Source of the DNA: Candidatus Omnitrophota bacterium
GTDB lineage: Bacteria; Omnitrophota; Gorgyraeia; Duberdicusellales; 4484-171
Direction of reading: 5' to 3'
DNA: 64,000 bases
NCBI GenBank assembly: GCA_016935525.1
Contig: JAFGQU010000015.1
Coordinates: 4,162-68,161, forward strand
Part shown: piece by piece, positions 9,554 to 19,525 of the stretch
Layout: each line of letters starts with the position of its first letter
Position numbering within the stretch: position 1 is the stretch's first letter
Made by a program: the position numbers and the translations under genes
Notes under the pieces: model-generated
What the model saw: only the letters and a program-made list of their open reading frames with translations
Databases searched by the model: none
What the model was told of the DNA's origin: nothing

Positions 9554-10192
9554 TTACCTGTTTCCTTTCTCTTCTAATTCTTCTATTCTCTTCTCTAAAC
9601 GGTGTAATACTTCAATAATCGGATCCGGTAATTTGTTATGATCTAAATCGATTCCGCTTACTTTCTTGGTCGAATGGCGCTCGATCGCCCGACCCGGCAC
9701 CCCTACCACAGTCGCCCCCGGAGGCACATCATTGATCACTACCGATCCGGCACCGATCCGGGACCCTTCGCCTACGACAATCGGGCCCAATAATACCGCG
9801 CCGGCTCCGATGACCACATCATGCCCGATCGTAGGATGCCGTTTGTTTTTTTCCTGAGAGACTCCGCCTAATACCACGCCCTGATAGATCAAGACATCAT
9901 TACCTATTTCAGTCGTCTCGCCGATGACGATCCCCATCCCGTGATCGATAAAAAATCGCCGGCCGATGGTTGCGCCGGGATGGATCTCAATCCCGGTGAA
10001 AAACCGGGCCAGATGAGAAATATATCGGGCGCACGTATACCACTGCGTAAGCCAGAACCAGTGAGCGATACGGTATGCCCAGATCGCGTGCAGGCCGGGA
10101 TAACAGAGAATGACCTCCACGGTACTGCGGGCCGCCGGATCTTCACGAAATGCCGTCGCAATATCTTCACGAATACGATCGATTATTCCCAT
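9554..10192 (-). CDS. cysE: Serine O-acetyltransferase (left-handed beta-helix hexapeptide acyltransferase)
   Basis: 212 aa. N-terminal SAT-like helical region ([12 protein letters not shown]) followed by hexapeptide repeats ([24 protein letters not shown]). A sugar O-acetyltransferase cannot be fully excluded. Confidence 0.65.
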   Translation of the reverse strand: MGIIDRIREDIATAFREDPAARSTVEVILCYPGLHAIWAYRIAHWFWLTQWYTCARYISHLARFFTGIEIHPGATIGRRFFIDHGMGIVIGETTEIGNDVLIYQGVVLGGVSQEKNKRHPTIGHDVVIGAGAVLLGPIVVGEGSRIGAGSVVINDVPPGATVVGVPGRAIERHSTKKVSGIDLDHNKLPDPIIEVLHRLEKRIEELEEKGNR

Positions 10193-10358
10193 AACACAAT
10201 ACCTTAATAGAGATTGCCTTTATTGTCAATTATTTTATGATACAGGGATCAGGGAGACAGGATGCAGATGTGATTACAGTGATTATCGTATCTTGTCTTT
10301 CGTCCGAACGAAGCGGTCGTCTCTCGTAAATTACATCTGCGATCATCTGCGGCGAAGA

Positions 10359-13300
10359 TCAAGTAAGGTAGACATGGATCTCTCTCACGTTACCCTGACG
10401 GATCTTATAGCTCCAGGGCGGAGAGACAAAGGGATTTTTAGTGGTAGAACGAGTTCCGTCGTAAGCGATGACCTCGATTTTCTTAATCGAGATATCTTTA
10501 CGATAGGTATCTTTACGATGCGGATTATGGTAGACCAGGAGCGTCCGGGAAAAAAGTTTACACGCGAAACTGTTGGCGGCAATAGTAACTTTCTTTCTAT
10601 CAACCTCTAACGTACGGATACTCCGGGTAAAAAAATCCGATTTCAATGCCGGCTGCGGCGAAAAATAAAGGTTATTGCCTTCATCCACCGAGAACGGCCG
10701 TACCCCCAGACTCATCAAAGCCCATATATTGAGCAATTCGCTGGTCGCTCCGGTAAGCCGGGCAACGTACCCTTTTCCCCAGAGCGTTTTATCGGGAAAA
10801 GCGCTGCTGACGATGAACGAAGAATTTTCAAGGATATTCTTGCCGTACCGGGCCGGATCCAAAAAACAGATGCCGCATTGAAAAAAGTTTTTATAAAATT
10901 CATCATACAGCCCGACTTTCAATAATTCCAAAAGATACTTATATTCCATATGCAGCCATATCGACTCGTTTTCTAACCAGCCCGGAGGGAATGCCCGGCT
11001 GCGGCCGATATCCAACGGCGTATCTTTCAAAGAAGCGTTCAGCCGGTACATCTTAAGGGTACGATCGTACAATGGGGTCTTCTTGATAGCTGATACCATA
11101 GATGTGTCTTTATTCACCCGGAGAGCATGCATCGGCCCTTCTAAAAAGACCGGTAACGGACGCCGGCGTACTTTTTGAGGCATGATCGCTTTTTGTTTCC
11201 CATCACGATAGGCAAGGATATCGTAAGTGAAATACGTATAGTATACGCCTGATTCCTTTTCTTTGGCTTTTTTCAGACCACGGTCGAGGAGAGCAACGAC
11301 ATTATTTAAAAACGCCGTGAGCCGGTTTGTATCCAGATTCCCTTGAGCCCCCTTGATCCCCCAGAACGTCCTGGTACGGAAATCTTCTTTGGCATCGTTG
11401 GATTTATTCCACCAATAAAGACTTTTGGCCGAAGGTTTGATTTTCTTCAGGCCGGAAAAAGCCTTTTCCAACCTGTTGAAAAACGCGAGAACCTCCCCGG
11501 CGGCTTTTATCTGGGTTTTGCCTTTACGATTATGTAACCCTTTTTTAAGAATCAACGCCGTCCGTTTCAGTTCGAACGATTCACATACCGAAGAACCGAA
11601 TAATGCCGGCAGGCCGTTTAACGAATCACACCATCCCGGTTTATCCGCTTCCATCTCGATACCGATACCGTCAAAATCCAGAGTCGCGACTTTTGTCAGC
11701 ACCAACGCCAGTAATTTTTCGATAAGGTTGGTCGTGTACACACTTCCTTTTCCGCATTTGGTACGTAAAAAGTTGCGTAGCCGTTTACGATGGTTCAAGA
11801 GCTCCTGTTTATGCGCTACCGAACGGACTCCGTGCAGCTGAATCACCCGGTTACCTTTAAGAAAATACCGTTCACTTCTTCTTCTTACCTTATACTCGTC
11901 ATCCCAGAAAAGGAATGGGGTATCAAAAAACAACTCGTCTTTCCGGTCGGGATATATTTGTAAAAACGTCTCGATGAGATCGAGATTATACCGCCAATGG
12001 TCGACCCAGAACCCTTCGCCGAAATCAGCCTGAGCTTCCCGCTGCACCGATTCGAACAATATTTTCAAGAATTCTTCGCGCCCGGCACCGGACAGATATA
12101 TCCCTTTTTTTTCAAACAGCCGGAAAAGTTCTCCTAAATAAAACCCTTTTTGCATGAAGGCGCATAGCTCGGAATCTCTGGGAAGTTTAAATTTTCTACG
12201 GAGATAATCGCATAACGACTGGTGCGCCAGATAAAGTTTTTCGCCGCGGACAATCAGAGGATTGTACCCGTCTATACGCAATAGGTTGAAAAAGTAAACG
12301 ATATTTTTTTTGTCGATCGCCGGATTAAAGAATATATCCATCCGGCGGTTCTGGTTCACATCGCGATAGTTCCCTTCTCCTTCGGAGAAATAAGACGCGA
12401 GCAGCCTAAACTGGTTATAATCGCGTTCAAGATCGCCATGCTTACGGGAATACAGATAATATATCTTTTCATGGTCGAACGTAGCCGGATACCCCCCTCT
12501 CAACATATTGTCCAGGTAACTTGACTGCACATATTCGTCAAATTCCGGCCGGCCGCTCACCGTGACCGCATTCGATTTAAACTTTTTGATCAGTTCATGA
12601 TTTTCCCGGCGTTTGGATTCAAGAAAGGCCGGCGTCACCGGCTTAAGGAATTTAGGCAGCTGTTTCTTGTCGAACACCCCGCCGATAACCGTATACAGCG
12701 TGACGGTTTCATGTTTCTTAAGGCTGGTCGAGAAAAAAGAAAAACCGCAGGGAGTTTTACCGCACTTTTGCTGCGAGATGGGATAGCTAAAGTTTTTTTT
12801 CAGAAAATGCAGGGGGCTTGCCAGTGAAGTGTCTGACCCGAAAATCGCCTGGGGATCGACTATATAACGGGGATATATTTTTTTGTTTTTCTGTAGGCAT
12901 AACGAATATTGGAAGTTGGCCCCCTCAATATACTCGGTTGCCGCAACATCCTGAGGGTCGACGCTTAATTTAAAAAAAGCGAATTCCCCTTTCCCTATTT
13001 TTTCGGTACCGGCGTTCATCCAGGCTTCCAGCGTACGGGGAAGGTTTTTAAGAAAAAAATCTTTGCTGCCAAAAGGGATGATCTGTCCTAACCCGTCCAG
13101 GACCTGGATAGATTTCGAACGAGCCGAACGGTTCTCTATCTCTACTGTTCTCACCAGCGCGCCGAAAGGCATCTGCGGCAGAGTAAAATAGTTCACCGAA
13201 AAATCCAACCCCAACGCTTTATTGTTCTCTTCAAGGGACAGGTCGTGGCTACGGATAAGCAGCCGTTCGGTCTTCTCCTGATGAGAAGAAAGCTGAAACG

Positions 13301-13574
13301 GTTCATAGACCAGTTCATTATTTATTTTGACGAACGTACGAAACCCTAGCGATCCGACGACCTGGTAGGCTTTATTGGCCGGCTGGAATTCGGTAATACA
13401 GTGATCTTTATCTTCTAATCCGAAACTGACGACTGCCTGACCGCGATTGACGAAGAATGCCCATAACGGTACGCCCCATTGCCCGCTGATCGAAGGTAAA
13501 AAATCGGCAAAAGGATGGGTCCGGTTATACTCTTCGATAATAAACGTCTGATCTGCTAAACGGTATTTATTCAT
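10359..13574 (-). CDS. Large (1071 aa) cytoplasmic protein, possibly a glycoside hydrolase/phosphorylase-like enzyme (GH94-like architecture). Function uncertain.
   Basis: No signal peptide. The N-terminal segment (FIIEEYNRTHPFADFLPSISGQWGVPLWAFF) has a pattern reminiscent of the N-terminal domain of GH94 glycoside phosphorylases (compare Y-V-I-T-T-P-H-T-P-Y-P-W-I-N-Y-L). Overall size fits multi-domain (alpha/alpha)6-barrel glycan-active enzymes. This call rests on memory of the family only. Confidence 0.3.
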   Translation of the reverse strand: MNKYRLADQTFIIEEYNRTHPFADFLPSISGQWGVPLWAFFVNRGQAVVSFGLEDKDHCITEFQPANKAYQVVGSLGFRTFVKINNELVYEPFQLSSHQEKTERLLIRSHDLSLEENNKALGLDFSVNYFTLPQMPFGALVRTVEIENRSARSKSIQVLDGLGQIIPFGSKDFFLKNLPRTLEAWMNAGTEKIGKGEFAFFKLSVDPQDVAATEYIEGANFQYSLCLQKNKKIYPRYIVDPQAIFGSDTSLASPLHFLKKNFSYPISQQKCGKTPCGFSFFSTSLKKHETVTLYTVIGGVFDKKQLPKFLKPVTPAFLESKRRENHELIKKFKSNAVTVSGRPEFDEYVQSSYLDNMLRGGYPATFDHEKIYYLYSRKHGDLERDYNQFRLLASYFSEGEGNYRDVNQNRRMDIFFNPAIDKKNIVYFFNLLRIDGYNPLIVRGEKLYLAHQSLCDYLRRKFKLPRDSELCAFMQKGFYLGELFRLFEKKGIYLSGAGREEFLKILFESVQREAQADFGEGFWVDHWRYNLDLIETFLQIYPDRKDELFFDTPFLFWDDEYKVRRRSERYFLKGNRVIQLHGVRSVAHKQELLNHRKRLRNFLRTKCGKGSVYTTNLIEKLLALVLTKVATLDFDGIGIEMEADKPGWCDSLNGLPALFGSSVCESFELKRTALILKKGLHNRKGKTQIKAAGEVLAFFNRLEKAFSGLKKIKPSAKSLYWWNKSNDAKEDFRTRTFWGIKGAQGNLDTNRLTAFLNNVVALLDRGLKKAKEKESGVYYTYFTYDILAYRDGKQKAIMPQKVRRRPLPVFLEGPMHALRVNKDTSMVSAIKKTPLYDRTLKMYRLNASLKDTPLDIGRSRAFPPGWLENESIWLHMEYKYLLELLKVGLYDEFYKNFFQCGICFLDPARYGKNILENSSFIVSSAFPDKTLWGKGYVARLTGATSELLNIWALMSLGVRPFSVDEGNNLYFSPQPALKSDFFTRSIRTLEVDRKKVTIAANSFACKLFSRTLLVYHNPHRKDTYRKDISIKKIEVIAYDGTRSTTKNPFVSPPWSYKIRQGNVREIHVYLT

Positions 13575-14205
13575 ATACTTTAAAAATATCGTTCAACCCG
13601 GAAAGGACCGGTACTCCGGGATACTTTTCTTTGATCTCTTTGGGCCGGCTTGAACCGCCTTTAATGAATACCGCATCCATTCGGGCCCGGCGGGCCGTCT
13701 CCATATCGATCGCCATATCCCCGATAAATACCGCGTGACGCCGGCACAACTTAAAATAAGCCAGTGTTTTCAATAAGATAGCCGGATCCGGTTTTATCGT
13801 TTTTATTTTATCGGCACAAAGAATAAAATCAATATATTTTAGAAAATTCAGCCGTTTTAAGATAACCAGGGTATAGGCCGTAGGGCGGTTCGATGCTATC
13901 GATACCGCTTTCCCTCTACGTTTAAGACGCCCGAGTACCCCTCGGGCGTGCGGCTGGGGTTTTGCCTTTTTGGTGAGACTCACGAGATGATGCCGGCGGT
14001 ATATAGTGAGCGCTTTAGTCCGGTCTTTTTCTGCAAAAAACATATCGATAAACAGCCGGTCGCCTTTACCTACCGACTCTTTGACCGTCTGGTAAGGTAC
14101 CACCGGATATCCCAACCGGTTCCGGGTAAAATTCAAACTATCGTAAATAGCGTCGTAGGCATCGGCCAATGTCCCGTCGAGATCGAAAATAAACAACTTT
14201 TTCAT
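13567..14205 (-). CDS. HAD-superfamily hydrolase (phosphoglycolate phosphatase-like)
   Basis: 212 aa. N-terminal motif I FIFDLDGTLAD and downstream HAD motifs (SNRP..., GDMAIDMETARRA). Confidence 0.7.
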   Translation of the reverse strand: MKKLFIFDLDGTLADAYDAIYDSLNFTRNRLGYPVVPYQTVKESVGKGDRLFIDMFFAEKDRTKALTIYRRHHLVSLTKKAKPQPHARGVLGRLKRRGKAVSIASNRPTAYTLVILKRLNFLKYIDFILCADKIKTIKPDPAILLKTLAYFKLCRRHAVFIGDMAIDMETARRARMDAVFIKGGSSRPKEIKEKYPGVPVLSGLNDIFKVYE

Positions 14206-14795
14206 CAGGACAGATTATGCGGATTTAACATTCCTCCCGAAATAATCAAACGGATAGCTTCTTCAACACTGATATCAAGGATAATCACGTCTTCCTGAGG
14301 AATGACTATCATAAAACCGGTAAGCGGAGAAGGAGAAGAAGGGACAAAAACATTAAACAGTTTCTTCTGGACCTTATTTTCAAAAGCGCCGTTGGCATCA
14401 CTGGTAATAAACCCTATCGTGTAAATGCCGTGACGGGGGTATTCAATAAGCACCACCTTACGGAAGGTCCGGGTCGGTTGGAAGAAAAGAAAATCGACTA
14501 TTTGTCTGATAGGAAAATAAATCTTGTTGACCAGGGGGATCCGCAAAAACAGTGATTCCATAAATTTCCTCAATCTGTTGCGGGAAAGACGTATAAGCAC
14601 ACCAAGAAACAGGATGATCAATAACGAAAGAATGATCCCGATACCGGGAATACTATAATCGAGATAGGATTCAAGATAGCGGTTGATATGGTGGCCAAGG
14701 ATCCCATCGGCAAATTGAAAAAGGCCTACGATCACATAGATAGTCAATACTACCGGGATGATCGCCGTAAGACCGGAGAAAAAAATGCTCTTCAT
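14205..14795 (-). CDS. DUF502-family membrane protein
   Basis: 196 aa. Two N-terminal TM helices and a conserved LIEYPRHGIYTIGFITS segment typical of DUF502. Confidence 0.65.
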   Translation of the reverse strand: MKSIFFSGLTAIIPVVLTIYVIVGLFQFADGILGHHINRYLESYLDYSIPGIGIILSLLIILFLGVLIRLSRNRLRKFMESLFLRIPLVNKIYFPIRQIVDFLFFQPTRTFRKVVLIEYPRHGIYTIGFITSDANGAFENKVQKKLFNVFVPSSPSPLTGFMIVIPQEDVIILDISVEEAIRLIISGGMLNPHNLS

Positions 14796-15364
14796 CTTCG
14801 AGATCTTAACCTGACTGCCAGCGCACTTACCGCGGCTATTTTCAGCACGTCACCGATAATAAAAGGGAATGCCCCCAGTAAAACTCCCTGTTGCCAGGAA
14901 AACGCATAAGTATAATGCAGCCAGATAATACCGCAGGCGTATACAAACAAAAAATTAGCGCCTAAAAACAGGACGAATATCTTAAAGAAAGAAAACCGGG
15001 AAGATACGATAGTGTGTAAAAGGTGCGGGACGACAAGCGCGAAAAGACAGAAACCGAAAAGGTATCCTCCGCTTGGCCCGGTAAGAGCAACGAGACTCGC
15101 TCCCGAACTAAATACCGGTAAACCCAATGTCCCTAACAGAATATATAAAAATTGGGCATAGACCGCCCGCTGTTTAAGAAAAAGAACGCTTGAAAATAAA
15201 ACGAACGTCTGCAGAGTGATCGGGACCGGCGTAAAAAACAGCGGTATTTTAACGGCTGCGGCAACCGCCATCGCGACTGAAAACCCAATAACAGCAAGGA
15301 CCTGTCCCAAAATGCTTTGTTTATGAACGAGGCTTAACATCTGAGTATTCATTTTTCCCTCCAT
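14792..15364 (-). CDS. bioY: Biotin transporter S-component BioY
   Basis: 190 aa polytopic membrane protein with BioY-like motifs (PITLQTFVLF...LALTGPSGGYLFGF). Confidence 0.8.
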   Translation of the reverse strand: MEGKMNTQMLSLVHKQSILGQVLAVIGFSVAMAVAAAVKIPLFFTPVPITLQTFVLFSSVLFLKQRAVYAQFLYILLGTLGLPVFSSGASLVALTGPSGGYLFGFCLFALVVPHLLHTIVSSRFSFFKIFVLFLGANFLFVYACGIIWLHYTYAFSWQQGVLLGAFPFIIGDVLKIAAVSALAVRLRSRR

Positions 15365-15554
15365 GAATGGTTGATATGGTCTTATCTCTTTATAGATTGA
15401 GAAAGTTAATTATATCACAGATATATAAAAGAAAAAGCGATTTCCTTAAAGGGGCTGCGACGAAAAGCCACAGCCCCTGAAATCCTTTATCATCGCCGTA
15501 ATCGACTGGTCTCGGTTATCATTTTAAATTCTTACGAGACCCGTTAAAAAATCC

Positions 15555-17000
15555 TTGCCAACATTAAAAAGCGCCGTTAAGATAGTTTTTATGTTAATAA
15601 GGTTTAAAAGCCACCATACCCGTAAGATACTTTGGGCCCTTATCGGCGTCATCGTACCGGCATTCATGCTCTGGGGAGGGCTTTCTTATTTTAACTCCCG
15701 GTCGAAGGATCTCGCCGGAAAAATAGAAAATCACCGGATCTCTCAACAGGAACTAGCTAAATACCTCCGTTTAACCCAGGTCGGCCTCCTCTTTCAATCT
15801 CCGGAAGCGGCGCGCAGTCTCACTCCCGAACAGATCCGAAGCAAAACCTGGCAGATGTATTTATTTTTATGGAAAGCGAAAAAAGACAAGATCACGGTGA
15901 CCGATCAGGAAGTAGTAGACGCTTTAGCCGGCATATTCGTCCGTAACGGGAGTTTTGACCGGGACTGGTATTTCTCTATTCTCAAACGTCGCCGGATCAA
16001 TCCCCGTGAATTCGAAGAATATATCCGCGCCTCGATCATAATCGATAAACTCATTGCCAAATACGTCGCCGAATCGCCCAGTGAAGAAGAAGTGCTCGAT
16101 CTCTATAAGAAAGAAAACGAAAAAGCAAAAATAGACTATCTTATGGTCGGCTACGATAAATTTCCCGCCCCGCAGGAAGTGACCGATGAACAGGTACACA
16201 AGTTTTATGAAGAAAATAAAATCCAGTTTAAACAGGCTCCACAGATGAAACTCAATTATGTCCTTTTGGAAAAAGAACGGTTTACCGAGCTTAAAGAGAA
16301 ACTGATCCCTTTGTTAAAAAAGTCAGAACATCTTGAGGGATTCGCGAAAGAATTGGGGATCAAAGTCAATACCACCGGTTATCTTACTGCCAACAGCCCT
16401 ATTGAAGGTATCGGATGGGAACCCAATCTGGTACGGGCCGCATTCGAAGCCCCATTGCATTCGATCAGTCCGGTATACGAAATTGCCTCCGGATATGTGA
16501 TTTTCGAGAAGACCGAAGCCAAAGATTCCCGCATCCCTCCGGTATCCGAGATCAAAAATGTCGTCATTGAACAATATCGTACCGACTCTCAAAAACGGCA
16601 GGCGCAGAAATACATCGAAGAGATCTTAAAAGAAATTTCCGAAAAAAAGATCTCCGATCTGGCGACCTTCGCCAAGGGCGAACTCGTCCAATACGGAGAA
16701 AGCGAATATTTTAAGTTTTACGATTATATTCCGGAGGTAGGTCTGTATTCCAACGTGAACGAGGCGATTTTTTCTGCTCAACCGGGAGAGATCATTAAAG
16801 AAGTCTTCTCGCTTCCTAAAGCCGCCTATCTGGTCCAGTTAAAAGAGATCGTAAAGTACGACCCGGAAACATTTGAAAAAGAGAAGGAAGAATATCGCGA
16901 AAGGATTTCCCGTCAGAAATTCATGGTCAACCAGATTAAATTCCTCAACCAGCTACAACAGGAATCTAATCTGCGGATATATGTTAATCCTCAACAATAA
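15555..17000 (+). CDS. Periplasmic chaperone, PpiD/SurA-like (membrane-anchored)
   Basis: 481 aa. N-terminal basic stretch plus one TM helix (ILWALIGVIVPAFMLWGG) and a long periplasmic region with SurA_N-like character. The track start is a TTG at 15555; an ATG near 15591 (MLIRFKSHH...) is a more likely start. It is the only plus-strand gene in the window. Confidence 0.5.
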   Translation: MPTLKSAVKIVFMLIRFKSHHTRKILWALIGVIVPAFMLWGGLSYFNSRSKDLAGKIENHRISQQELAKYLRLTQVGLLFQSPEAARSLTPEQIRSKTWQMYLFLWKAKKDKITVTDQEVVDALAGIFVRNGSFDRDWYFSILKRRRINPREFEEYIRASIIIDKLIAKYVAESPSEEEVLDLYKKENEKAKIDYLMVGYDKFPAPQEVTDEQVHKFYEENKIQFKQAPQMKLNYVLLEKERFTELKEKLIPLLKKSEHLEGFAKELGIKVNTTGYLTANSPIEGIGWEPNLVRAAFEAPLHSISPVYEIASGYVIFEKTEAKDSRIPPVSEIKNVVIEQYRTDSQKRQAQKYIEEILKEISEKKISDLATFAKGELVQYGESEYFKFYDYIPEVGLYSNVNEAIFSAQPGEIIKEVFSLPKAAYLVQLKEIVKYDPETFEKEKEEYRERISRQKFMVNQIKFLNQLQQESNLRIYVNPQQ

Positions 17001-17166
17001 TCGCGTTTACCGGACACTGACTGGCGACTTCATGAAGATTGCAGCCGCACTCTGAACCGATGACTTTGGCGACTCCGTTATCGGCCATCTCGAAACAGTG
17101 AGGACAGTTGTTTACACAAAGACCACATCCGACACATGCATTTTCGTCAATAGTTACTTTAGCCAT
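16984..17166 (-). CDS. 4Fe-4S ferredoxin
   Basis: 60 aa with CxxCxxC...CP cluster motifs (CVGCGLCVNNCP; CGCNLHEVASQCP). Located directly downstream of the por operon. Confidence 0.8.
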   Translation of the reverse strand: MAKVTIDENACVGCGLCVNNCPHCFEMADNGVAKVIGSECGCNLHEVASQCPVNAIIVED

Positions 17167-17187
17167 GAGTAATTCCTCCTTTTTATT

Positions 17188-18123
17188 CTACGCTTTTGAG
17201 TTTAACCCGTAATATTCGATATTCTTTTGCGCGACTTCCTGGACTTTTTTCAGTTCAGCGGCGTTTTTAAGAAGGTGTTTAAACCGGCCTTGAAGTTTTA
17301 AATATTCTTCTACGGGTTTAGGTGAAGGAAGTTTTGTGACACGCAGGAGCCTGCCATATTCATATTCAACCAGAGGGAAAAGCCCGGTCGCAACCGCAAG
17401 TTTTGCGATCTTGATCGTATCGACCGGTTCCGATCCCCACCCTAAAGGACAGGGGACATGGATCTGAATGAATTTCGGGCCGCGGATATCCAGAGCTTTC
17501 TTTACTTTGGTCTGCACATCTCGGGGATTCCCTACCGAAGCCGTTGCCGCATAGGGAATATGATGAGCAGCGCAGATCTCTACTAACGGTTTTTTCTGTT
17601 TAGGATTACCGGACGAATGAGTCCCTCTTGGTGAGGTAGTAGTATGAGCGTCAAACGGGGTAAGCCCGCTACGTTGAATACCGGTATTCATATAAGCTTC
17701 ATTATCATAACAGACATATAAGATATCATGGCCTCTCTCGAGCATTCCCGAAAGAGCCTGCAGGCCGATATCGGCAGTCCCGCCGTCTCCGCCCTGGGAG
17801 ATGACTCGGATAGAATCCAGTTTACCTAAATGGATCAATGCGGCTTCAACTCCACTGGCAACTGCCGCGGCATTTTCAAAAAGAGAATGGATCCAGGGAG
17901 TTCCCCATGCCGTCTGCGGCGCTAATGTCGAGAAAACCTCAAGACATCCGGTCGCATTAGTCACTATAGTATTTTTTCCGGCAACATCCGCTACCAGACG
18001 AGCAGCCATTGATTGACCGCAACCCGCACAGGCGGTATGGCCGGATACAAAACAATGCTCTTCGAAATGTCCTCGTTCAGACACGAAATTCCTCCCATAA
18101 TAAGTCGTTATGAAGGTCGACAA
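17188..18123 (-). CDS. porB: Pyruvate:ferredoxin oxidoreductase beta subunit (TPP-binding)
   Basis: 311 aa. CxxC...C cluster near the N-terminus (GHTACAGCG) and the TPP-binding GDG motif (SQGGDGGTADIG). The 5' end overlaps the porA 3' end by about 47 nt, so the true start may lie downstream. Confidence 0.85.
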   Translation of the reverse strand: MSTFITTYYGRNFVSERGHFEEHCFVSGHTACAGCGQSMAARLVADVAGKNTIVTNATGCLEVFSTLAPQTAWGTPWIHSLFENAAAVASGVEAALIHLGKLDSIRVISQGGDGGTADIGLQALSGMLERGHDILYVCYDNEAYMNTGIQRSGLTPFDAHTTTSPRGTHSSGNPKQKKPLVEICAAHHIPYAATASVGNPRDVQTKVKKALDIRGPKFIQIHVPCPLGWGSEPVDTIKIAKLAVATGLFPLVEYEYGRLLRVTKLPSPKPVEEYLKLQGRFKHLLKNAAELKKVQEVAQKNIEYYGLNSKA

Positions 18124-19249
18124 ACGTACAGCTATTCACTTTTTCTTTTGATTGAGAAAATACCGATTCTATCGAGTTTTTCGTAATATCCCGGCCGCCT
18201 AATCCCATGACAAATCCGCTGATCTTCTTATCGTGACTGCAGGCGGCTTTGATTTCCGTATAAAGCGCTCCGGTCGCCCCCAAAGAGATATTCTTATCGA
18301 CTACCCCTACGTAAGGTACCTTTGCTAACGCTTTGTTCACCGCCGCCTCAGGGAACGGACGGTAGGTGACTATTTTCAACAAACCGACCTTCTGCCCTTT
18401 CTGGCGTAACTCATCAATGACATCTTTTATCGTACCGCACACCGACCCCATCGCAACCAGGGCGACTTCGGCATCATCAAGTCTATATTCTTCGATAAGC
18501 CGGACACTTTCCCGGCCGAATTTCTTTTTAAACTCATCCCCTACCTCAGGCAGGATAGTAAGCACATCTTCCATCGTTTTCTGTATTGCATACCGGGTCT
18601 CTATATAGACATCGGGACCGCCAAGCAATCCCAGACTTAACGGTTTCTCGACATCAAGTTTATACGGAGGATTATAGGGAGGAAGAAACTGATCGACTTC
18701 TTCCTGAGTGGGCATATCGACCACTTCCATACCATGAGTAAGAATAAAACCGTCGACACATACCATTACCGGCAACATCACCCGGGGTTTTTCGCCGATC
18801 TTATACCCGGCAATAACCAGGTCTACCGCTTCTTGATTGTTTTCGGCGTACATCTGGATCCATCCGGAATCACGTAAAGAAACCGAATCCTGCTGGTCAT
18901 TCCAGATATTGATCGGTGCCGAAAGCGCCCGGTTCGCGCAGATCATTAATATCGGCATACGCATACCGGCGATATTAAAGACAACCTCGGCCATAAGCAT
19001 GAGCCCTTGCGAGCTGGTACAGGTAAAACTGCGTACTCCGCACGCCTGTGAACCTAACACTACCGACGCTGCGGAATGTTCGCTTTCTACGTTTATCGTC
19101 TGGGCATTCAGTTCGCCGTTAGCGACAAACTGAGCGAGATGTTCGACGATATGAGTCTGAGGAGTGATCGGATACGCCGAGATGACTCCCGGACGGCATA
19201 ATTTTGCGGCATCAGCGAATGCCCAAGAACCTTCAAGAAACTGTTTCAT
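18077..19249 (-). CDS. porA: Pyruvate:ferredoxin oxidoreductase alpha subunit
   Basis: 390 aa with typical PorA N-terminal and transketolase-like Pyr and C-terminal domains (GSWAFADAAKLC...AYPITPQT). Confidence 0.85.
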   Translation of the reverse strand: MKQFLEGSWAFADAAKLCRPGVISAYPITPQTHIVEHLAQFVANGELNAQTINVESEHSAASVVLGSQACGVRSFTCTSSQGLMLMAEVVFNIAGMRMPILMICANRALSAPINIWNDQQDSVSLRDSGWIQMYAENNQEAVDLVIAGYKIGEKPRVMLPVMVCVDGFILTHGMEVVDMPTQEEVDQFLPPYNPPYKLDVEKPLSLGLLGGPDVYIETRYAIQKTMEDVLTILPEVGDEFKKKFGRESVRLIEEYRLDDAEVALVAMGSVCGTIKDVIDELRQKGQKVGLLKIVTYRPFPEAAVNKALAKVPYVGVVDKNISLGATGALYTEIKAACSHDKKISGFVMGLGGRDITKNSIESVFSQSKEKVNSCTFVDLHNDLLWEEFRV

Positions 19250-19261
19250 ATATCTACCTTT

Positions 19262-19525
19262 TTATTCCGTACCCTGGTTAGATACCATTTCAATATCTTT
19301 TTTGGGACAGATATCGGCACAAAGGCCGCATCCTTTGCAATAATCTAAATCAGCGCTATACTGGTTCTTCTCGGTCCCTTCGATACATCCTTCTGGACAG
19401 ATCATCTTACATAACCCGCAATTAATGCATTCTTTTTGTAAATAATGCGGCTTCACTAATGACCGCCACGATCCGGTCCGGTTTCGCGAAGATGATTTCG
19501 GTATTGCGGCAAGTACGCTAAACAC
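19262..19525 (-). CDS. porD: Pyruvate:ferredoxin oxidoreductase delta subunit (2x[4Fe-4S] ferredoxin)
   Basis: 87 aa with two CxxCxxCxxxCP motifs (CINCGLCKMICP; CKGCGLCADICP). Confidence 0.8.
   Translation of the reverse strand: MFSVLAAIPKSSSRNRTGSWRSLVKPHYLQKECINCGLCKMICPEGCIEGTEKNQYSADLDYCKGCGLCADICPKKDIEMVSNQGTE

Noticed and set aside
10110-10610. A 166-aa plus-strand ORF spanning the cysE and large-protein junction
   Set aside because: It is antisense to two real genes and to the intergenic region between them, and has no motif. It is likely spurious.
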